Notes: generated from the letters alone by a model not told the origin. 28,734 nucleotides of DNA from Candidatus Eiseniibacteriota bacterium (GCA_046716305.1 JBKJXM010000380.1:1-28734); one strand, 5' to 3'; positions 1 to 9,844 are shown, counted from the first letter of the stretch. Made by a program: numbers and translations.

Positions 1-2
1 TC

Positions 3-2636
3 GCCGCTCGCTCCGTGCCGGCCGCCGCTGCGTCCCGGGCGCCGGACATCCGCGGTAGCGCGAAGGTGCGGCCGCGGATGATCGACAGTTACCCGCGCGA
101 AGGGGACACCCGCGTGCCGGTCACCGCGGAGCTGCGCTTCGTCTTTGACCAGCCGACGCAGAAGTCTGGGATCTTTTCCGTGGCCGACATCGATTCGGGG
201 ATCGGCGTCCTCTTGAACCTGGACCCTCCCCGATGGTCTTCGGCGGGCGACACCGTCTACCTGAAGCCGTCGGTTCGTATGGCCATGGGTCATCAGCACG
301 GAATGAAGGTCAACGCGATCGTGGGCTTTCCGTCATTTCCGGGAGATCCGGACACGATCGCGGGTGACCAGGGACTCATCTACTTCAAGACTTTCCCGCC
401 GTCACGGCTGGAGCGCACCTCCGCCTCGACCTGGCTGACGCTCGTGCCCGAGTCCCCCACGCCCGTGGAGACCGCGGTGCGCGAGCTGGAGGGGAATGCC
501 GCGACGCTCACCTCGGTGCGGGTTCAGATGTGGACCAATCCGGCGGCGCTCGGCCCGCCCGCCTACGACGCCACGTTCCCCTACTACGCGGTCGTGCCCC
601 GGCGGGGCGCGGCACTCCTGTCCGCGACGGTCACGGTGCCCCGCGATATGGCGCGCCAGGCGCCGCAAGGGAGGCTGGCGCTCCAGATCACCTACACCGG
701 AACCGACGAGACTGGATTGACGGTGTCCTTCGACGCCTTCTCGGGCTCCGTCGCGGTGGCCGCGCTCACCCCCGCGATCGCGGGTAACGCCACCGTCCGC
801 TCCGCCGTGCTCGAGTGGCCGCTTCCCGGCGCCGTCTTCGCGGCGGGCGACACGCTCCGGCCGCGCGCGACGGTCATGGGCGACGGAACCGGCCCCTTCC
901 GCGCCGTCTTCTATCTGGACGGAGAGGCCGTGGCGTTCGAGGAGGGATTCTTGGAGTCGGGGCGTCCGGTCGTGGTCGAGACGCGCGGCCCCATTCCCAC
1001 GCGACGCTTCGGCGAGCACCGGCTCCAGTTCGTCGTCGAAGCGCCGCAGAACGTGGCCTCCCAGCCGATCACGTTTCTTTCGACTCCGCCGGCCAGCGGT
1101 TTGAGCCCGCCCGAGACGGGACCGCTTCCGACCGCGGCGGACAGCGTGGCGTCCCGCCTCCACGTCGAGAGCACCTGGCTTGCGGATGCGCGATCGCGCT
1201 TCCGTTCGGAGGAAGCCTCCGCGACCGGATGGGCCGCCTGGCGCGCGAGCTATGCGCTCTCGTCCACGCGGGCGATCGAAGCCCGTGTCACCAGCCGCGT
1301 GCGCTTCGACGACACGAAGAACGGGTCTGCCTCGCCCGAACAGCTTCTGCTCCGCTATCACGCCCCGCGCGCGACCGTCGAATGGGGGGACGTGGCCCCC
1401 GCCCTCGCCGCGGGCGCGCCGCTTTTCGCGAGCCCGGTGCCGCGTCGCGGCGCCCAGGCGGTGCTGCACCACGATCATCTGGGCACCTTCGAGGGATACG
1501 CCGCGCTCGAATCCCACCCACGCTCCGCGGGCGGGCCGCTCCGCGAGATCCGCTCCGATCTCTACGCCGCGCGGCTTTCGCGCGTGTTCGTGCGCGACCG
1601 CCTCCGCGCGTCCCTATACGGCGGCTACACCCACGAGGACCCGACCGCCGGCGGTATCGAGACAGCCACGAGGGCACGGGTCATCTACGGTGGCGCGGCC
1701 ACGCTCCTTTTCGCGAAGAGCTGGACCTTGGTGGGCGACGCGGCGAGCGTGCGCCACCGCGCGATCCCCGGAGTCGAGACGGGCCGCACGCGGACCGGCG
1801 TGCGCGGAGAGCTTTCCGGCACCGCGGCCCGGTTCCGCGCGCGCGCGGAGGCCTTCCGTTACCAGCCCGCGCTCGCCACCGCGCTCAATCCCTACGCGAT
1901 CTCCGACCGGCGGGGCTTCTCGGTGGACCTGGCGCGGCCGGTGCTCCGGTGGCAGGCGTTCGGCGGCTATCGGCGGGAGCGCCCGGAGGACGCCTCGTCG
2001 GGCGCTCCGTCGGTCACCGCCGAGCGACTCACGGCCGGCGCCTCGTTCTCGCTGAACCAGGATAGCTGGGTCACGCCGTCGCTCATCCGGATCCGAAACA
2101 GGGGCCCGCAGACCGACTTCACACAGACGCGAATCGCGACCGAGTTCACGACCTCCGAAAAAATGGGGGGCCGGACGACCGCCCACTTTGACGCGGGAAC
2201 GTTCGAGGACGAGCTGGGCGTGAACTCGAGGCGGCGGGTGTACGCGGGCTCGGTGGTGACGGTCCGCCGCCATCCGGGGCGCGTGACCAGCACCATCTCG
2301 GGAGGCGTCGAGCGCGACGAGAACCGCGACCTGCGCGCGCGCAACATGACGATCCAGGGCGCACTGGAGGCGCGATGGGAGGCGTGGGCCCGGACGCTTC
2401 TCGTCTCGCCCTTTGTCTCGTACATCAGCCGCGACTACGAGCTTCACGGCACGCGCGAGGACCGTCTGGGCGGGCGGCTCCAAATCTCTCTTCTTAAAGT
2501 TCCAGGGTTGGGCGACGCGGCGCTCTCCATCCAGGGACGCCTCGAGCGGATCTGGCATCGCATCCCGCAAGGGACCCGCGACACCGAGGGAGCGGTCGAG
2601 CTCTCGCTGGGGAAGCGCGTCTCCCTCCTGCCGTAG
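3..2636 (+). CDS. Large exported protein: N-terminal Ig-like (Big_5/SbsA-like) domains plus a predicted C-terminal outer-membrane beta-barrel; 5'-partial
   Basis: The frame is open from the window edge (no stop before GTG at 15) to TAG at 2634-2636. 'MIDSYPREGDTRVPVTAELRFVFDQP' resembles the start of a Big_5 Ig fold. From about aa 380 onward the sequence is alternating amphipathic strands rich in R/Y/F/W/G, typical of OM barrels. The fold assignment is inference. Confidence 0.65.
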   Translation, partial: AARSVPAAAASRAPDIRGSAKVRPRMIDSYPREGDTRVPVTAELRFVFDQPTQKSGIFSVADIDSGIGVLLNLDPPRWSSAGDTVYLKPSVRMAMGHQHGMKVNAIVGFPSFPGDPDTIAGDQGLIYFKTFPPSRLERTSASTWLTLVPESPTPVETAVRELEGNAATLTSVRVQMWTNPAALGPPAYDATFPYYAVVPRRGAALLSATVTVPRDMARQAPQGRLALQITYTGTDETGLTVSFDAFSGSVAVAALTPAIAGNATVRSAVLEWPLPGAVFAAGDTLRPRATVMGDGTGPFRAVFYLDGEAVAFEEGFLESGRPVVVETRGPIPTRRFGEHRLQFVVEAPQNVASQPITFLSTPPASGLSPPETGPLPTAADSVASRLHVESTWLADARSRFRSEEASATGWAAWRASYALSSTRAIEARVTSRVRFDDTKNGSASPEQLLLRYHAPRATVEWGDVAPALAAGAPLFASPVPRRGAQAVLHHDHLGTFEGYAALESHPRSAGGPLREIRSDLYAARLSRVFVRDRLRASLYGGYTHEDPTAGGIETATRARVIYGGAATLLFAKSWTLVGDAASVRHRAIPGVETGRTRTGVRGELSGTAARFRARAEAFRYQPALATALNPYAISDRRGFSVDLARPVLRWQAFGGYRRERPEDASSGAPSVTAERLTAGASFSLNQDSWVTPSLIRIRNRGPQTDFTQTRIATEFTTSEKMGGRTTAHFDAGTFEDELGVNSRRRVYAGSVVTVRRHPGRVTSTISGGVERDENRDLRARNMTIQGALEARWEAWARTLLVSPFVSYISRDYELHGTREDRLGGRLQISLLKVPGLGDAALSIQGRLERIWHRIPQGTRDTEGAVELSLGKRVSLLP

Positions 2637-2761
2637 ACATTCCCGCCGCACGGACCCCAGCCGCAGTTCCGTAGAGATCGCTCTCCGCCGCTGACGGGCC
2701 TCCGACGCGGCAACAACGCGGCCGCGGCCCCCGTTCCCCACGTCGGCGCCCGGGCGCCGCT

Positions 2762-2787
2762 GGAACGCTTCGTGCATCCCACGTGTT
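2762..2787 (+). promoter_or_regulatory. Possible ECF-sigma promoter (GGAAC-N18-GTT)
   Basis: GGAAC at 2762-2766 and GTT at 2785-2787 lie upstream of the lipoprotein gene. The motif is short and could be chance. Confidence 0.15.
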
Positions 2788-2848
2788 CGTCCCCACCCCT
2801 CGGCGCCCACGTGCGCGGCCAGCCGCGCATCATCGAAGGGGGTGCTTC

Positions 2849-3571
2849 ATGAAAAGGACTCGTCCGGGGTTTCATCGGGGGCTCGCCGCCGTCCTCCCGC
2901 TTCTCCTGCTCGCGACCTCGTGCTCGCGCGACAGCGAGAAACGGGTGGTCGCGCCCGAACCGCCGCTCGATCCGCCTCACGTCGCGACGGGGCGGTGGAT
3001 CTGGGAGCCCGACGGACTGGCCGGAGCCGTGCGCGAAGCGAGGTCGAACCCGCTCGTGCAGCGCGCCCTGGCGACGGCGACGGTGACCGGGCTCACGCCG
3101 CGCAACGACCTCGCGGTCCGTGCAGTCGGCGTGGACAGCCGGGGCCTCCCGGTGGGGCTCACCATTCTCCCCTTCTCGGTCGGACACGACTCCTCGCACG
3201 CCGCCTTCATCTCGGTGGCGGAAGGCTCCGGACGGCAGGCCGCGGAGTTCGCGGAAATGATCGTGGGGCGGGAGCCGCGCCCGGACGAGATTGGGTTTAC
3301 GCAGATGACCTGGGGGAACCGGCTCGTATGGGTGCGCACGGGGGACGCCTACGAGCTCGCGCCCGGCATGGCCCACCCCGCGCCCATGAAGCGGAGTTGG
3401 GCCAAGCTCTTCACCTGCCTGGCCGAGCGCATGCCGGTGGGCTGCGCGGCCGGAGCCGACATCGCCGATGACTTCGCGCCCGGAAATCCGAGGGCGGCCG
3501 CGGTCGGCTGCGCGATCGGCGCGGCAGCCGGCGGGCTCTCCTGCGCCCTCGAATTCATGGGATCGAAATGA
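2849..3571 (+). CDS. Lipoprotein with a C-terminal Cys/Gly/Ala-rich bacteriocin-like domain
   Basis: SD-like GAAGGGGG precedes ATG 2849. Signal MKRTRPGFHRGLAAVLPLLLLATS-C has a lipobox-like end. The C-terminal ~60 aa after KR contain 4 Cys and GxxxG/AxxxA motifs. Confidence 0.75.
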   Translation: MKRTRPGFHRGLAAVLPLLLLATSCSRDSEKRVVAPEPPLDPPHVATGRWIWEPDGLAGAVREARSNPLVQRALATATVTGLTPRNDLAVRAVGVDSRGLPVGLTILPFSVGHDSSHAAFISVAEGSGRQAAEFAEMIVGREPRPDEIGFTQMTWGNRLVWVRTGDAYELAPGMAHPAPMKRSWAKLFTCLAERMPVGCAAGADIADDFAPGNPRAAAVGCAIGAAAGGLSCALEFMGSK

Positions 3572-3897
3572 CCATGCCACGGACCAGACTTTGGCTCCTC
3601 TTCCTGTCCGTCGGCGCCGGCGTGGCACTCTCGCTCGCCGCTCCCCCGTCCTGGAACGTGGCCCCGTTCCACGGAGTGCTCTTCGGGTCAGCGTTCTACA
3701 TTTGCGCGCTCAGGCGTCCTGGCGGCGAGCTGTGGCGGGCGGGCGTGTTCCTCGCGCTCGCCGTCACGCAAGCCTACGTCCTCTTCGAGACGACTCCGGG
3801 GGCGGACGTGCGGGCGACCTTCGTCATCCTGTCGACGTGGATCGTGCTCGAGTCGGTGGGGAGAGCGCGGACGGCGCCGGCGGGCGGGAGAGGATGA
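3568..3897 (+). CDS. Small integral membrane protein (about 4 hydrophobic segments), candidate immunity protein
   Basis: 109 aa and strongly hydrophobic. Its start overlaps the upstream stop (ATGA at 3568-3571), which indicates translational coupling. Confidence 0.7.
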   Translation: MTMPRTRLWLLFLSVGAGVALSLAAPPSWNVAPFHGVLFGSAFYICALRRPGGELWRAGVFLALAVTQAYVLFETTPGADVRATFVILSTWIVLESVGRARTAPAGGRG

Positions 3898-3910
3898 GCG
3901 CCGCGGGCAG

Positions 3911-6496
<2,586 letters not shown>

Positions 6497-6567
6497 GCGG
6501 TCCCTTTCCCTACGAATCTGAGGCGGCGGCTTTGATGCTAGGGCAGCGGCTTGGGAGACGACCGGCC

Positions 6568-6576
6568 ACGGTACCA
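6568..6576 (-). promoter_or_regulatory. Putative extended -10 promoter for lon (TGgTACCGT)
   Basis: TGnTAnnnT lies about 70 nt upstream of the lon ATG. The same motif type occurs upstream of the M16 and S11 genes. Confidence 0.3.
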
Positions 6577-6600
6577 CACACCCCCGCCGCTAGGCCAGCC

Positions 6601-6740
6601 GCCCCCCTGGAATCCGTTCCGCCGCCACCGACAAAACGACGGGCCACCAGGGGGGCTTCTTCCGATGGCCCATCGGTCCGCCTCTCCCGCCTCCAGGGGT
6701 TCGCCCTCCCTGCAGACGGCGCCGCGTAGTGAGCGCGGCG
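6601..6740. other. Cluster of inverted repeats (structured intergenic segment)
   Basis: GCCCCCCTGG 6601-6610 / CCAGGGGGGC 6647-6656 (perfect 10 bp); CCGATG/CATCGG 6662-6676; GGG-TTCG-CCC near 6698-6707; CGCCGCG 6720-6726 / CGCGGCG 6734-6740. Confidence 0.5.
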
Positions 6741-6755
6741 TTGCTGCTTACCGGC

Positions 6756-6827
6756 TTACCAGCCGGCCTTGCCGCCGTCTGGATTTCCGAAGGACAGGAA
6801 GATCGCGATCAGGATCAGGGCTTCCAC
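6756..6827 (-). CDS. 23-aa hydrophobic micropeptide, downstream copy (MEALILIAIFLSFGNPDGGKAGW)
   Basis: GTG start at 6827 after SD GAGAGGGGGTG, TAA at 6756-6758. The protein is identical to the copy at 6901-6972 despite 7 nucleotide differences. Confidence 0.8.
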   Translation of the reverse strand: MEALILIAIFLSFGNPDGGKAGW

Positions 6828-6900
6828 GCTGTCACCCCCTCTCTTCTGTTTCGGGTTCGCTGCGTTAGCTACGGGCACTGCGTTTCGACTTGCTTGCTGC

Positions 6901-6972
6901 TTACCAACCGGCCTTGCCACCGTCCGGGTTTCCGAAGGACAAGAAGATCGCGATCAGGATCAGAGCTTCCAT
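6901..6972 (-). CDS. 23-aa hydrophobic micropeptide, upstream copy (MEALILIAIFLSFGNPDGGKAGW)
   Basis: ATG at 6972 after SD GAGGTG, TAA at 6901-6903. It is the last 23 codons of the track ORF 6901..7119. Confidence 0.8.
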   Translation of the reverse strand: MEALILIAIFLSFGNPDGGKAGW

Positions 6973-7043
6973 TTGCCACCTCATCTGGTTTGGGTTTGTC
7001 GCCTTGCCTCGCGGCTGCGAGGGCTTCGACGCGAGGGTTACAA

Positions 7044-7059
7044 AGCAGTCGCCGTGCCA
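7044..7059 (-). promoter_or_regulatory. Sigma54 (RpoN) -24/-12 promoter upstream of the micropeptide pair
   Basis: The minus strand reads TGGCACG-GCGA-CTGCT against the consensus TGGCACG-N4-TTGCW: one mismatch, correct 10-nt spacing between GG and GC. Predicted +1 is near 7033, about 60 nt before ATG 6972. Confidence 0.65.
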
Positions 7060-7289
7060 TTTGCAAATCACGGGAATTCTGAAGCCATAACCACTTATCA
7101 TTACGAGTGTTACGGGCATCGCGTTTTGCGAGGTGATCGAAGAGGGCGGGGGGCGAAAGTGTCTGAATCAGGTTACTATTTCGAATTGGCGCCGTAAGTG
7201 GCTTGGTTAACGAACGTTATGGATGTCGTTGAATCTTGACGGCACCTGTCCGCGCCGCTTGTCTCCCCGGGGGTGGCTCTGGCGGAGGA

Positions 7290-9167
7290 TCAGCTAGCGA
7301 GCGAGAGGGGCACGTCGCCCCCTGGCGACTCTTCCGATTCGGCGGGAGGGAGTGGGAGCACGATGGTGAACGTGCTTCCCCGTCCGACTTCGCTCTCCAC
7401 GCGGATCTCGCCGCCGTGGGCCTCCACGATGCCGCGCGCGATGGACAGGCCCAGGCCCAGGCCGGACGAGTTGAACTGCGTCGTGCCGGAGGAATGCAGG
7501 TTCACGTCCTTCAGCTCGACGATCTTGGCGAAGATCTTCTCGAAGTCCTCCTTCGAGATTCCGATCCCGGTGTCGGTGACGTAGATCTCGACGCCGCCGG
7601 CCCCTGCTCCGGACTCGCCCCCCGCTCCGCGCCGCGCCCCGATCTCGATCGATCCGCCATCCTTGGTGAAGCGCACGGCGTTCATGGCCAGGTTGGTCAC
7701 GGCCTGCTTCAGGTAACCGGCATCGATCCGCGGGTGCTTCAGGTCGGGCTCGATGGCGATGGAGACGATCTGGCTCCGGTCGGCGGCGAGCGAGACGGTT
7801 TGCACGGCGACTTCCTCGACCAGCGCGCCCACGTCGACCGCGGCGAGCTGGACCGGCAGCCGGCTCCGGTCGATCAGCGACATGTGGGTGAGGTCCCGCG
7901 CGAGCCGCGTCAGCACGTCCGCCGCGTTCTTGATCGCCCGAAATCCCTCCCGCTGCATGTCCGAGACCGCGCCCGCCGTTCCGTCGCTCATCAGATCGGC
8001 GTAGGCGCGGATGGTGGTGACGGGCGTGAGGATCTCGTGCGAGGCGATGGCGATGAAGTCGGACTTCATGCGGTCCACCTCCTCCAGGCGCTCGATCTCG
8101 TGCCGCTGCGACTCGCGCATCGCCTCGAAGTGCGAGGCCAGTAGGCCCATTTCGTCCTGGGAGGTGACCGCGAGCGGGTAGTCGTAGTCTCCCTCGCGCA
8201 TCGCGGTCGCCGCTTCCACGATCCGCCGCACGGGACGCGTGATGCCGCTGGAGACCAGGAAGCCGATGAGGAGCGCCATCACGATCAGCGCCGCGGCCGC
8301 GAAGGTGAGGTCGCGGCTGATGCGCCCGAGGACCGCGGTTTCCTCGTCGAGCACCCGAAGGAGAACGAACCCGACGCTCCCGCCCGAACTGGGGCCGTCG
8401 AGCCGCCCCGACAGCGTGAGGAACCGGCTGTCCCCGTCATCCACGCGGGCCACGCCCGCCCGGGCCGGCTCCGAGGCGAGCCGTTCCGCCAGCCCGCTCC
8501 GAAGGGTCGTCCGGATCAGGGTCTTCCCGTCCACCACGAAGATGACGTCGCTGCGCGTCGTGGCCCTCAAACGCTCGGCGAGAGGCTGGTCGATGGTGCG
8601 CCCCAGGGTCAGGGTCCCGGCCAGCTCCCCCTGAACCAGGATCGGGACGGTCGCGACGCGGTAGGCACGGTCTCCTTCGACCAGGTATCCGCGCCCCGCG
8701 CGCCCCGCGATCGCGTTCTTGACGAGCGTCCAGCGCGACCGGTCCGCGCCGGGAGGGTCGGCTTGCCCGGCCCGGGCGAGCACGACTCCGTGCTCGTCGG
8801 TCACGTCGAAGAGAGGCGCCTCGGCGTCGTGCTGGAAGTCGCGCGCCACTCCGAGGAGGGTCTGGTAGAAATCGGCGTCCTTGCGATCGGCCCGTGGCAG
8901 GATCAGGAGGGCGAAGAATTTCGGATCTCGCGCCACGACCACGCCGATCCGCTCGAGGTTCTCTCCCTCGCGGGCCATCTGGTTCTCGAACGCGAGGGCG
9001 GCGCGGGAGAGGTCGGCCGTGACGGTGTGGTTCACCTCGTCGGCGAGGCGCCGGTTCACCACGAAGAGCGCCGCCACCATCACGCCCAGGATCGGCAGCG
9101 AGGTGAGCGCCGTGATCTTGAGAAGGAGGGAGATGCGCGGGCGCCGGGTCACGGGCCTCCCCGTCAC
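7290..9167 (-). CDS. Membrane-bound sensor histidine kinase (TM - Cache-like periplasmic domain - TM - HAMP - HisKA - HATPase_c)
   Basis: H-box FIAIASHEILTPVT, N-box QAVTNLAMNAVRF, G1 DTGIGI, G2 SGLGLGLSIARGIVEAHGG, HAMP 'ITRPVRRIVEAATAMREGDY...DEMGLLA'. Start placed at GTG 9167, which overlaps the upstream TGA; GTG 9152 is an alternative. Confidence 0.95.
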   Translation of the reverse strand: MTGRPVTRRPRISLLLKITALTSLPILGVMVAALFVVNRRLADEVNHTVTADLSRAALAFENQMAREGENLERIGVVVARDPKFFALLILPRADRKDADFYQTLLGVARDFQHDAEAPLFDVTDEHGVVLARAGQADPPGADRSRWTLVKNAIAGRAGRGYLVEGDRAYRVATVPILVQGELAGTLTLGRTIDQPLAERLRATTRSDVIFVVDGKTLIRTTLRSGLAERLASEPARAGVARVDDGDSRFLTLSGRLDGPSSGGSVGFVLLRVLDEETAVLGRISRDLTFAAAALIVMALLIGFLVSSGITRPVRRIVEAATAMREGDYDYPLAVTSQDEMGLLASHFEAMRESQRHEIERLEEVDRMKSDFIAIASHEILTPVTTIRAYADLMSDGTAGAVSDMQREGFRAIKNAADVLTRLARDLTHMSLIDRSRLPVQLAAVDVGALVEEVAVQTVSLAADRSQIVSIAIEPDLKHPRIDAGYLKQAVTNLAMNAVRFTKDGGSIEIGARRGAGGESGAGAGGVEIYVTDTGIGISKEDFEKIFAKIVELKDVNLHSSGTTQFNSSGLGLGLSIARGIVEAHGGEIRVESEVGRGSTFTIVLPLPPAESEESPGGDVPLSLAS

Positions 9168-9844
9168 TCGCCGCCGAGGACGAGCGGAGTCGTTCCCTCC
9201 GCCGAGACGTCGACCGCGGCGGTCCGCTCCCCGCGACGCGGGAGCCACAGAACGACGGTGTGTTTCCCCGCGGGCGCGTCGTCGATGCGGAAGCGTCCGT
9301 CCGCGCCGACGTAGCCGAAGCGGCGGCCGGGCACGACCACGATGTCGGAGCGCATGTCCGAATGGATGTCGCAGAAGACCTGGACCAGCCCGGCCTTCTG
9401 GAACGTCAGCCGCTTCGATTTTCCCCGCGGGTATCGCCCGAGATCGAACCGCTTGGGCGGGGAGTACGAGAAGACGTTGTGGAAGACGTTGTCGCTGTTC
9501 CGGAACTCGACCGCCTGCCCCACCACGACCGCAAGAATCCGAGGAATGAACCTCTGGCCCTTCTGGTCGAGGAGGATGGGCGGGGGCGGGGGCTCCTGCG
9601 CGGACGCGACGTCGGCGAGATAGGCGACGCCGTAGGTGGTGTCGGATGGAACCACGGATCCGGAATTGCCGGCGCTTCCGCTGAGCTGTCCCACGTACGC
9701 ATTCGGTCGAGGTCCTCCGCGGAACGAGAGGTCGGCCGGGGCGAGCGTCACCGTCCCCACGATCGTTCCGGCAACGGCTGGGTTGGCCAGGAGCAAGCTC
9801 AGGAGCACGGCCCCGGCCTTTGGGTTGAACCGCATGCGCCTCAT
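9164..9844 (-). CDS. Secreted cupredoxin-like protein with a C-terminal carboxypeptidase-regulatory-like beta-sandwich
   Basis: Signal peptide MRRMRFNPKAGAVLLSLLLANPAVA, 'LDQKGQRFIPRILAV', and type-1 copper-like ligands H (VFHNV) and C-x2-H-x2-M (FCDIHSDM). SD GAGGG precedes ATG 9844. Only this 3' end of the 1055-aa track ORF looks like a real gene. Confidence 0.85.
   Translation of the reverse strand: MRRMRFNPKAGAVLLSLLLANPAVAGTIVGTVTLAPADLSFRGGPRPNAYVGQLSGSAGNSGSVVPSDTTYGVAYLADVASAQEPPPPPILLDQKGQRFIPRILAVVVGQAVEFRNSDNVFHNVFSYSPPKRFDLGRYPRGKSKRLTFQKAGLVQVFCDIHSDMRSDIVVVPGRRFGYVGADGRFRIDDAPAGKHTVVLWLPRRGERTAAVDVSAEGTTPLVLGGE

Larger units (their letters stand above)
6741..6996. repeat. Diverged tandem duplication, units 145 bp apart
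   Basis: The 72-nt ORFs match at 65/72 positions. Both are followed by TAAGCAGCAA and preceded by a similar AACCC-A-rich-CAGA-GAGG leader (minus strand). Confidence 0.9.

Noticed and set aside
2737-2815. 16-bp palindrome CGGCGCCCGGGCGCCG and three CCCACGT copies upstream of the lipoprotein
   Set aside because: All-GC palindromes and 7-mers arise readily at this GC content; no U-tract or regular spacing supports a function.
6741-6972. The repeat pair as a CRISPR array or IS terminal repeats
   Set aside because: There are only two units of 72+ nt, they differ at silent codon positions, they are direct rather than inverted, and no cas or transposase gene is nearby.
6901-6972. The peptide as a lasso-peptide or graspetide precursor
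   Set aside because: There is no Thr at -2, no Asp/Glu at core position 7-9, and no lasso cyclase, ATP-grasp or radical SAM gene in the window.
7050-7075. ATTTGCAAAT palindrome as a Rex, CRP or FNR box
   Set aside because: Spacing and half-sites do not fit TTGTGAA-N4-TTCACAA, TGTGA-N6-TCACA or TTGAT-N4-ATCAA.
6901-7119. 72-aa extended ORF as the real gene, or the plus-strand ORFs 6729..7082, 6769..7197 and 6890..7090
   Set aside because: The SD sits right before ATG 6972, similarity between copies drops upstream of the start, and the substitution pattern is silent only in the minus-strand peptide frame.
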